From assembly GCF_029250625.1 (NCBI RefSeq), contig NZ_JAQXEX010000080.1: 64,000 nucleotides of DNA, one strand, 5' to 3'. Position numbers and translations under genes: made by a program. This document shows positions 27,043 to 35,900 of the stretch, piece after piece; position 1 is the stretch's first letter; every line of letters begins with the position of its first letter. Origin of the DNA: Poseidonia sp. Lineage in GTDB: Archaea > Thermoplasmatota > Poseidoniia > Poseidoniales > Poseidoniaceae. Under the pieces are notes generated by a model. The model saw only the letters and a list, made by a program, of their open reading frames with translations, searched no databases and was not told the origin of the DNA.

Positions 27043-27071
27043 CTTTGTAGCGAAGCGTATGCTTTGTAGCG
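27043..27071. promoter_or_regulatory. 10-nt direct repeat CTTTGTAGCG x2 (27043-27052, 27062-27071) just upstream of the 27081 ATG
   Basis: Read directly. Lies in the divergent intergenic region between the MBL hydrolase gene and the TSP3 giant gene. Function unknown. Confidence 0.2.
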
Positions 27072-27080
27072 GGTGATTCA

Positions 27081-30000
27081 ATGCGAAGAAGTCAAACAAC
27101 CCTTCTCACGACCTTGGCAGTGATATCGAGCCTTCTGTTCATGTCTCAATTCCCATCCATTTCCAGCGTTGCAAACGTTCACCCGGATGATACGACTCAG
27201 ACTCCACCGCCCAATACCGATACCGACGGGGATTTCATTCCTGATGTTCATGAAACACTGTTTGAGGAGTGGATGAATTGGACTGCAGTTGATGGGCGAA
27301 GCGTGATCATGCAAGGCATGGACAAAGACAACGCATCGGATGCGTCAATGGACTTTGACCGTGATGGATTGAACGCAACCGAAGAATTTTGTTGGCCTTA
27401 TCCCGCAAATTGTACGGAACCCGGATTTCCAAGAGGCCTTACCGGGATTCTTGATGAGAACAATGAGCGAACCTACCTCGACCCACGCATGTCGGATACA
27501 GACGGCGACGGTATGCCTGACGGTTTTGAGGCCTACATGTGCCTGAGGGTCGGTGGTTTTGATGTCGCAACGCTTCGTTATGAGTGCGGATCGTACAATC
27601 CACTCAACGGCAGTGACCTCACCCTTGACGGCGATAACGATGGATTCGATGTTGACCGAGATGGTACGCTAAGCCTTGCGGAACGATTCACGGCGCCAGA
27701 GGAATACGCCTATGGAACCACGGCAAATTTCACGACTGAACTCGATGGGTTGTGGTGCCATGCAACACTCCCTGGGGGCTCTCCGCTGAAAAATTGGCCG
27801 TTCTTACCCTCGGGGGCAAATGCAACCTTCCACAACATTTTGCCCGCATGCACAACAAATTCCACCGCCCCAATTGGGGAAGACCTTTGGTTGGGTACCG
27901 ACCCACTTCTTGACGATTCAGATCGTTATCACTGGGATGGGTTCTCCATTCGTAACCTCTACCCGTCTTTCGGCGACGGAATTCCCGACGGGTGGGAAGC
28001 ACATTTCGGTTTGAATCCACTGAACCGAACCAATGCCCTTGACGATCCGGACATGGATGGCTGGGATTTCAATCGCGACGGTGTGGTGACTCCCGACCTC
28101 GCACGGACCTTCACAGCCCTAGAACTTGGAGAAGCTCTTTCGACGTTGGAAGAATATCTCGTTCACTATGACGGCGGAAATACAGTCTATCCTGGATTGA
28201 AATCTGCGGGTGTCATGACCAGTTCCGATGAATTCACAGTGCATCCACTCGTTTACGATGCGGAAGAAGGTGCTATGTCCGTCAATCATTACGATGTGCG
28301 CTCCCTCGAGGTCAGCGGTGACAACCTCTATGTCATGACAAAATACGGCGTAAGTGTTCTCAACCTCGTTCAAGAGACGAGTTTGCATCAATGGTTGCCC
28401 GAAGGTGTAGAACTTCATGACGGGACATTGGTATTCAACGACGACGAACCGTTTGCATTGGCGCTCTCAACAAGTGTTGGGGTGGCCGTAAGTCCGTTGC
28501 TCGCAGACGGCTCACTCGGCCCACTTTCTTCATGGGACTGGAGCATGATCGGTGAGATGAGCGCTGTTACTCAACTGTCAGGGATGGATGGGAACCAACA
28601 AATCATCGCCCTCGGCCACGCCGGTGACGGTGCAGTTTTGGAAATTGGTCCAGACGCATCTATTGTTTCTACATACGACCTTGGGGCTGGTCTCCGTGAC
28701 GCCCTTGAAATCTCCAACGCATCTGTTACAGTGATTCAACACGGTGCTGCTGGAGGCTCAACTTACACCCTCTTTGTAGGAACCGACCGTGGATTGTTGA
28801 CGGTTGAGACTGCGTCAGCTCGTGATGAAAGCGTTGCTGAGTGGCAGTTTTTCTTTACGACAGAAAGCACACCGATAGCGACGTCACTCGACCAGATTCA
28901 CGGTCTCCCACTTGGCGTCGTTGACAATCCAGCAGAAGTACGAGACATGGCGCTTGACGGCCCGTCCGATGAAAACGCCCAAGCCCTCTGGTTTGGAACG
29001 CCATCGGGTGTTCATAAAATGGACCTGGTCAGCGGTTCAATTGACCATGGTGGTCTATTGGTCCACCCCGGCATTGACGGCACTTTTGCTCAAGAAACCA
29101 ATGACATTTACGCAATCCTACCGACAGGTGATGAGATTCTTGTCGGTTCGGATTGGGGTCTTTGGGCCATCGCCGGCGATTACATGGCCGTCTATGGGCA
29201 GCAAGACCAGACTCGCCTGCCCGGTCAAATTACAACACTAGCCAGCTATGATATGAACGGAAATACAACGGTCTTTGGAAGCGCTTCACCAGGGGAATTT
29301 GCTAACCTCCAATTGATTGACCCTGGAGCAAACGATTCAGATGCTGACGGCATGCCAGACGGCTGGGAAGTCGTCAATGGATTGGACCCGACTGACCCAT
29401 GGGATGCATATTACGACACCGACGGTGACGGAATTGACTTGGACCAATCTGGAGATTTTTCTTTGGACCGTTTGTGGACAAACCTTGATGAATTCCGATA
29501 CGTCAAGACAACCCCTGATGGTTACAATTCAACAACACCGTCTCTCAGCGACACCGATGGAGACGGAGTCAAAGATGGTGCTGAATATTTCGGCTTCTTC
29601 TACGAGAACAGCAATTTGTGGTGCCACTATACGGTACAACTTTCCTATGTTTGTGATGATGCTGCAGGACAAGCAGCCAATGCCACCTACCTCAACATCG
29701 CCAACGTTGATTCAGGAACTGACCCAACAAATCCAGATTCCGATGGTGATGGAATGCCCGATGGCTGGGAAATTCAACACCGTCGCTGGGTCGGTATGTC
29801 GTTCACCGGCGGTAATAATTGGAGTTTGGACCCGTTGCGAGCAGACGATGCGAACTGGGATGCAGACGGTGACGGACTGCCGAATCTTTGTGAATATCAA
29901 TGGTCAATCGTACGGAACATGGGACTCGCAGGCGAACTGCTGGAACTCTATGGCGAATCTCCAGAAAGTGTTGAGCAGTGGGCGGTTGCAGATCCTAACG

Positions 30001-32834
30001 CAATAGACTCAGATGGCGATACATTGCCCGATGGATGGGAATCAAAGGGTCTCTGCTCATGGGACCCAAGCCGACTTGGCGTCAATCCGCTGAACGGGTC
30101 TGATGCATTCGAGAATCCTGACGGTGACGGGTACGACATCAATCATGACGGTATTTTGGACCTCAATGAGTCCTTCGTTAATTATCTTGAATATCACCTT
30201 CGCAGTGACCTTTTCCTGGGCAACGAAACCTTGGATGGAGTCACCCTCCCTGATGGATTTTCAACCAACCTCTTTGACCACGTTGGTGATTATGGTATTC
30301 CAGAAGCAACCTTTGCAGAACGGGCATCGGGGGCTGTAACCTCCGGGCAATCCACTTACAGCATTGGTGCAGCCGACCCGTTGAGTTCCGACTCCGATGA
30401 TGACGGGATGCCCGATGGATGGGAAATTTGGTTCGCAAGATGGGATTTACTGGATGACGAATGGACATTGAACCCTCTGGATTCAACCGACCGCTGGGAC
30501 GATACTGATGAAGACGGAATGACAAACTGGGAAGAATACAATGTTATTGCACCTGAGTTGTCTGAAACTGACACAGAACGCACTTCGCCGCAGTGGTTTG
30601 TCACCACCATCGGTCAAGCATATGCACTCCAACAATGGCCCGGCGTGACGTCTGAGGAGTCCTTTGGAAGTTTCATGACGCAGGACCAAATCAACCTTAC
30701 CGGCCTCACATCCGACCCAAATAACGTTGACACAGACGGGGATGGAATGCTGGACGGAGTTGAACTCCTGTTCACGGCTTGGAATTCATCAGCAGAGACA
30801 TGGACCCTCAATCCTCTCGTCGCTGGTGACGGGCTCTTTGACGGCGACGAGGACGGCCTCATTGACCTGCAAGAATTTGGTCTTGCTGTAGCCCAACCGG
30901 ACAACGGTATTGCCCATCCCAGCGATGCACCGTTGATGCACATTGACGGGGATTTCCAACAACCTACCGAAAAGGCACAACGTGTGTTCAACATTCTCAT
31001 CACCAAAGAAACGCGTGGTAAGCGGCTGCTCAATGATTTCAACGCTTGGCAGCAAGGCGAACCTCCAACCGCTTTCATCGATGTGATCCTCGGCATGACC
31101 GACCCGACCATTTCGGATACCGACGGTGACGGAATGTCAGATGGATTCGAATATTGGTTCACCAATTGGGACCTGGACGAGAACAGGTGGAGCATGAACC
31201 CACTGATTGATGGCGACGTTAACCTTGACTCAGACGACGATAGTTTCGACTGTAACGGTGACGGAACCATTGACGTCAATGAATCCTTCAGCAATCTTCG
31301 TGAATGGCAGTCTCGGACGTACGGTAATTTCCTCAATAGAGGGACCGTTCCTGCGAATTTAGGCATCGTTGATTTCGGGAAAGACGCTATGCTTGCCTAT
31401 ACCGAAGAACTCGGATTCAGTGAGATTCAGGCTCAGCAAGCCCTCTACATCGATTTCGTCAAGAAAGGTACAGATTCTCAAGACCGAATGGACGAGATCA
31501 ATACCTATGATGCTGAGAATTTCAATCGAAGTCTCCGTGGAGTGGCTGACCCCACTCACTCCGACTCCGACAGCGATGGCATCCCTGACGGATGGGAATA
31601 TTGCTACGCAATTTTCGGAATGGATGACCCAACAACCATCAATCACTGGGCCGCCAACCCTCTCAATCCATGGGATGTTGATTACGATGGAGACCATGAC
31701 GGTTGGTACGACCGCAGCAGTTTTGACATCCCTGCAACCCAAGGGCTTTGGGAAGACCGTGCCCTTATTCCTTCGGGGCAAGTCATCCAAAACGGAATCG
31801 GTTCATTGCCGTTTACGAATCTAATGGAGTTTGAGAATGAAACGAGCCCAGACAGCAACGACAGCGACGGTGACAGTATTTCTTTCATCACCACGGTAGA
31901 AAACGGTGTTGTGATTTCCCACCTCCAAGATTTCAATTACTCTGATGGACGTGAGGTGTTCAAGTACGGTTCCAATCCGAGCGATAATGATTCAGACGGT
32001 GACATGATTCCAGACTGGTACGAATACAAGCGAGCTTGGAACGAATCTAATGACAATTTCAGTTCCTACCTTGACATCCGTGTTGTTTGGATTGATGTGG
32101 CTACCGGTGGCCCTTGTGATACGAGTACAAACTCGTGCTTACCTCTTTCACAAGACGGAGCAGGTGGCACATTGGGTCGACCCGACATTGAATTAACTTG
32201 GTTCACGATGGATCCAAGTGACCCTGACGACGCGAATGAAGACCCCGACCAAGATGGAAACTGGGACTGCAGTGGGGCGGGATGTACTTACGAACCGTAT
32301 ACGAACTTCCAAGAATTTTACGCGATTACGCTTTCGGAATATTCGTCACCCAATGCCGTTCGGCTGAGTGGGCTCACCTTTGAGGGGAGTCCAGTCACGG
32401 AAGGATGGCAGTTTAGAGCAGCCATTTTGGGACTAGGTCAGCCCAATGAGCTGATTCTGAATTACCTCAAATTGGACCAATATTCCGGTATTGACCGTCA
32501 ATACGGTTACATTGTCAACGATTACGATACGAATTTCCTTACCGTGGACCCCAGCGATGACGTTATTCTTATGGCGGGCAATCTGACGGACTCTTGGGAG
32601 ATCTACTACCAAGGCTCTCCGAATACCCCACCTGTTCGAAACGTAGGAGAGCACGAATACGGTTGGTATCTCCTTGACTTTGATGACGACCACCTCGCTG
32701 AAGGAAGCGACCCTACAAATTGGGATACAGATGGTGATTGGATGAACGATTGGTTCGAAGTTCGTGACGATGAAGAAGACGGTGTGAGAGGAGATTCTTC
32801 CCCGATAAGATACGATTCAAGAACAACAGAATGA
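27081..32834 (+). CDS. giant secreted protein: thrombospondin type-3 (TSP3) calcium-binding repeats flanking a beta-propeller-like region
   Basis: Signal peptide is TLLTTLAVISSLLFMSQFPSISSVANV. About 24 D-x-D-x-D-G-x-x-D units by eye (DTDGDGMPDGFE, DSDADGMPDGWE, DSDGDGMPDGWE, DTDGDGMSDGFE, DSDSDGIPDGWE...). Residues ~395-760 carry Reg_prop-like blades (LFVGTDRGLLTVE, ALWFGTPSGVHKMD, ILVGSDWGLWAIAG). No C-terminal TM. Confidence 0.85.
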   Translation: MRRSQTTLLTTLAVISSLLFMSQFPSISSVANVHPDDTTQTPPPNTDTDGDFIPDVHETLFEEWMNWTAVDGRSVIMQGMDKDNASDASMDFDRDGLNATEEFCWPYPANCTEPGFPRGLTGILDENNERTYLDPRMSDTDGDGMPDGFEAYMCLRVGGFDVATLRYECGSYNPLNGSDLTLDGDNDGFDVDRDGTLSLAERFTAPEEYAYGTTANFTTELDGLWCHATLPGGSPLKNWPFLPSGANATFHNILPACTTNSTAPIGEDLWLGTDPLLDDSDRYHWDGFSIRNLYPSFGDGIPDGWEAHFGLNPLNRTNALDDPDMDGWDFNRDGVVTPDLARTFTALELGEALSTLEEYLVHYDGGNTVYPGLKSAGVMTSSDEFTVHPLVYDAEEGAMSVNHYDVRSLEVSGDNLYVMTKYGVSVLNLVQETSLHQWLPEGVELHDGTLVFNDDEPFALALSTSVGVAVSPLLADGSLGPLSSWDWSMIGEMSAVTQLSGMDGNQQIIALGHAGDGAVLEIGPDASIVSTYDLGAGLRDALEISNASVTVIQHGAAGGSTYTLFVGTDRGLLTVETASARDESVAEWQFFFTTESTPIATSLDQIHGLPLGVVDNPAEVRDMALDGPSDENAQALWFGTPSGVHKMDLVSGSIDHGGLLVHPGIDGTFAQETNDIYAILPTGDEILVGSDWGLWAIAGDYMAVYGQQDQTRLPGQITTLASYDMNGNTTVFGSASPGEFANLQLIDPGANDSDADGMPDGWEVVNGLDPTDPWDAYYDTDGDGIDLDQSGDFSLDRLWTNLDEFRYVKTTPDGYNSTTPSLSDTDGDGVKDGAEYFGFFYENSNLWCHYTVQLSYVCDDAAGQAANATYLNIANVDSGTDPTNPDSDGDGMPDGWEIQHRRWVGMSFTGGNNWSLDPLRADDANWDADGDGLPNLCEYQWSIVRNMGLAGELLELYGESPESVEQWAVADPNAIDSDGDTLPDGWESKGLCSWDPSRLGVNPLNGSDAFENPDGDGYDINHDGILDLNESFVNYLEYHLRSDLFLGNETLDGVTLPDGFSTNLFDHVGDYGIPEATFAERASGAVTSGQSTYSIGAADPLSSDSDDDGMPDGWEIWFARWDLLDDEWTLNPLDSTDRWDDTDEDGMTNWEEYNVIAPELSETDTERTSPQWFVTTIGQAYALQQWPGVTSEESFGSFMTQDQINLTGLTSDPNNVDTDGDGMLDGVELLFTAWNSSAETWTLNPLVAGDGLFDGDEDGLIDLQEFGLAVAQPDNGIAHPSDAPLMHIDGDFQQPTEKAQRVFNILITKETRGKRLLNDFNAWQQGEPPTAFIDVILGMTDPTISDTDGDGMSDGFEYWFTNWDLDENRWSMNPLIDGDVNLDSDDDSFDCNGDGTIDVNESFSNLREWQSRTYGNFLNRGTVPANLGIVDFGKDAMLAYTEELGFSEIQAQQALYIDFVKKGTDSQDRMDEINTYDAENFNRSLRGVADPTHSDSDSDGIPDGWEYCYAIFGMDDPTTINHWAANPLNPWDVDYDGDHDGWYDRSSFDIPATQGLWEDRALIPSGQVIQNGIGSLPFTNLMEFENETSPDSNDSDGDSISFITTVENGVVISHLQDFNYSDGREVFKYGSNPSDNDSDGDMIPDWYEYKRAWNESNDNFSSYLDIRVVWIDVATGGPCDTSTNSCLPLSQDGAGGTLGRPDIELTWFTMDPSDPDDANEDPDQDGNWDCSGAGCTYEPYTNFQEFYAITLSEYSSPNAVRLSGLTFEGSPVTEGWQFRAAILGLGQPNELILNYLKLDQYSGIDRQYGYIVNDYDTNFLTVDPSDDVILMAGNLTDSWEIYYQGSPNTPPVRNVGEHEYGWYLLDFDDDHLAEGSDPTNWDTDGDWMNDWFEVRDDEEDGVRGDSSPIRYDSRTTE
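27210..32790 (+). repeat. intragenic degenerate codon-level repeats encoding the TSP3 units
   Basis: Recurrent GAYACYGAYGGNGAYGGNATGCCNGAYGGNTGGGA-like stretches at irregular spacing within one ORF. These are coding repeats, not a CRISPR array or satellite. Confidence 0.7.
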
Positions 32835-32904
32835 TCCATTTGGATGAATTTTGGTGTGACTCCAAACCGCATGGTTAAAATTCTAAGTCGTGTGTCTACG
32901 AAGT

Positions 32905-35900
32905 ATGCAGGGTAGCGATACGCATACATTTTTCTCACGCGGCGCTTTTTGGCTGCTCGTTATTTTGATGGTAACGACACCTCTCAGTCCGCTCGCATCC
33001 TTCATTTCTGAAGATTCCACTGCTGCAGCGGGTACTCGTCATGTGTACGAGTTCCATGATGGATCTACTGAATATGTTGCACTCTATCAGGGTGCTAATC
33101 CAGACACTGGTGCAAAGGTCAAACTCCCACGGGGTGCCTTGGTTACTGACGTTAGCATGACCTTGTCCGGTGCATCTGCAACCGGATGGTCACAAGTGGT
33201 TTCCGATACACGTGCTCAATGGGTTGCGGGTCAGGCTACGGACATGGACGACCGCAGTGGAGACTTGACACTTGCAATGGACAGCATCAGCGAAGCTTTC
33301 TACCCCCACGGGTTTGATGAAGCAGCTGACCCTCAATCCGATGCCTGGTTGGACAACGGTTCCTATGCCCTGCGTCAACCTCACACCTCAAACGCTACAG
33401 AGGGGCTCTTCTCTCAACAATTGACGAAAACATCCTCCAGTTTCATGGCTCAAAGTCAAGGAGCGATCCTCAAGCACCACGATTGGCTCTTCCTCTCAAC
33501 GTGGTCATCCTCTTCGTTCAGCAACGTTGTTCATCGGCTTTACGCCAACAATGCAAGCCGAGAATCCATCATCACACTTGATCAAGCACAATGCAATCTG
33601 CCTCAGAAACATTCTTCCTCATATTACGGATATTATGGATTTAGAGATTGGACGGTTACGGATGATGAACGTCTGTTCGGAATTATATCGGGATACCGAT
33701 CCGTATCCAGTTCCACGGCGCCTGTGAATTACCACCGCGTTTTGGAAATGGACATTTCTCGAGACAGTGTTTGGACCTGCATTGATTCGTACGACATATC
33801 TGCAGGTGCCGGTGACTACACGGGAATAGCCTACGACAAAGACACGGGGAAAATCTGGGTCGCTCACAATCAAGGGAACAAGATTGTATCCTACGATTTC
33901 AGTGGCGATGGGACCTCCAACTGGGACCGAGACGAGAAATACTACACGTTCACTTCGTCTTCAACAAGCACCCGTGAGTGCGGCCAATCTAACCAAATGG
34001 TTCGGGGGCTAGAAGTCAACTCAACCACGTTTTTCATGCGATGCCAGAAGGATTCATACTACAATGACAGGGACCAACTGGAAGCGTGGGACATCTCCGG
34101 CTCTGCTCAAGCACTTATTCCACAATCAAACACACGTCAAATCTCTCGCCTCGGTTACGGTTTGCAGTTTGATGGAGACCGCTTCATCACCGTTGATTCC
34201 GGATATTCCACTTGGTCAGGGGCTACCTTGTATTATCGCGAATTTGGAACGAGTTGGATCTATGAAACAACGCCTGCACCAGGAACAACCACATGGTACG
34301 GTCCAGTGACTGAATACACATCCGATGTTTTGTCTGCTAATGTTCAGACCTATTGGTCTGCAGCTTCCATTGGAGACCGTGTCGATTATTGGGTTTCTGC
34401 AGATAACGGGACACACTGGGAACAAGTGGTGTCCAACTCCACAATTCACTTTGATTATCCTGGAAAGGAGCTGGTCTGGAAGGCTCAGTTAATCGGCTCA
34501 ACTGCAGTTTCATGGTGGGTTGATATTGATACTGCAACAGCATATACTGCTTCTGGTGATTGGACGTCACCTTACTACAATACGGGCACAAAGGTGGGTA
34601 AAGTCCGGCCAGCATGGGTTGCAGACACACCTGCTGGGACGACCATCCAAGTTGTTGTTTCAAACGATAACGGAAGCACATGGTTGGACGCCGAGAACAA
34701 TGTTGAAACGAGTTTCTCAACCGATACAGCAGGAAACACCCTGCGTTATGCTATCTTCATGACCACCAACAATACAGCAATCACACCAACCATTGAGAGT
34801 TTCATTCTGTGGTACGAAGAAGGATATCCCGACCGGCCGATGATCGATATTGGCGGAGATGGAGTTTACGATTGGGAAGCGAAGATTTTCCTCAACGAAT
34901 CAGCTGTTGTAGCATCTGACGACTCCCAAGTGGGCGTGATTGTGAAGAAAGCACCAACATTGATAGATGCCTTCAACGATTACATTCCCGAAAACGGAGA
35001 AGGAATGCTTGAGGTTCCAATTGGAATCAAGGCAGCAACTTCTGGACGCATCCGTGTGTCCAATATCGACGTAACATACGCCATGCAAACGCGTGCAATT
35101 GACGCATCTTTTGAAGGTGGATTGGCTTCACCGGACGGTACTTATCGGAATTTCATCACTCGGGTAGCCCCTGGAGACGATGTTGACCGTGTCACTGAGG
35201 CTACGATTGAACTGAATCACAGCCATGGTGCGAACCCATCAGTCACTTGGATGCGAGGAGATTCTTGCAACACAAACAGTGATGCTGGTGGAATCGTTGT
35301 GTTTGATACTGGGAATTGTACCTCTACGGTAGATGCACTTGGCGTTGTTTCAATTTGGATTCCGACCATGGTCAATTGGAGTTGGGACGATGAAGCAGAC
35401 CTCGAAGCGATCATCACGGTCAAGGACGACCTCGGGGTTGCTGTTGACCGTTGGGATACCACGAGCATGGATTTGGTCGTTGAAAACGACATTCAACTGG
35501 ACGGTCTCAGAGTTTGGGAAGAAACAGGACGTCAATTGTATCCTATGGATTGGGTCCGGGGAGGATTCAATCTTAGCTTTGCAGGAGGACTCCACTTCCA
35601 AGATTCACAACTTATGCCTCCAGCAGGCAGCTTTAGTCTGCGAGTCATCGGCCAAAACGTCAGTTATGACGGAGACCCAATCGGGGCTTCAGTCTTGCTT
35701 CACGAAGAGGTTAATCCCGCATTTGGAGATTACAACCTGACCTTTGTATCACCCATTGAATCCGCCCCAGGTGGTATGATTTTCTACGTTCAAGCCGTGG
35801 ATTTGGAAAACGGTTCGACGTATTCCAATCCAGGATACAATTCTATTCGACTGATTCTTGACGGTAATTCACCCCTTGTCCTGTCTACAACACCTTCTGA

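Noticed and set aside
29317-31790. Long alternative-frame and antisense ORFs inside the TSP3 gene (229 aa at 29317-30006, 250 aa at 30614-31366, 143 aa at 31359-31790, 151 aa at 31369-31824)
   Set aside because: They are fully nested in a much longer ORF with clear domain content. Their translations are low-complexity Ser/Pro/Arg/Thr-rich, as expected from reading GAY/GGN-rich repeats out of frame.
27210-32790. Periodic recurrence of near-identical ~30-40-nt stretches that could be mistaken for a CRISPR array or a tandem satellite
   Set aside because: All copies lie in frame within one long ORF and encode the DxDxDGxxD TSP3 units. Spacing is irregular and the repeats are degenerate at third codon positions. 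No leader or cas genes are present.
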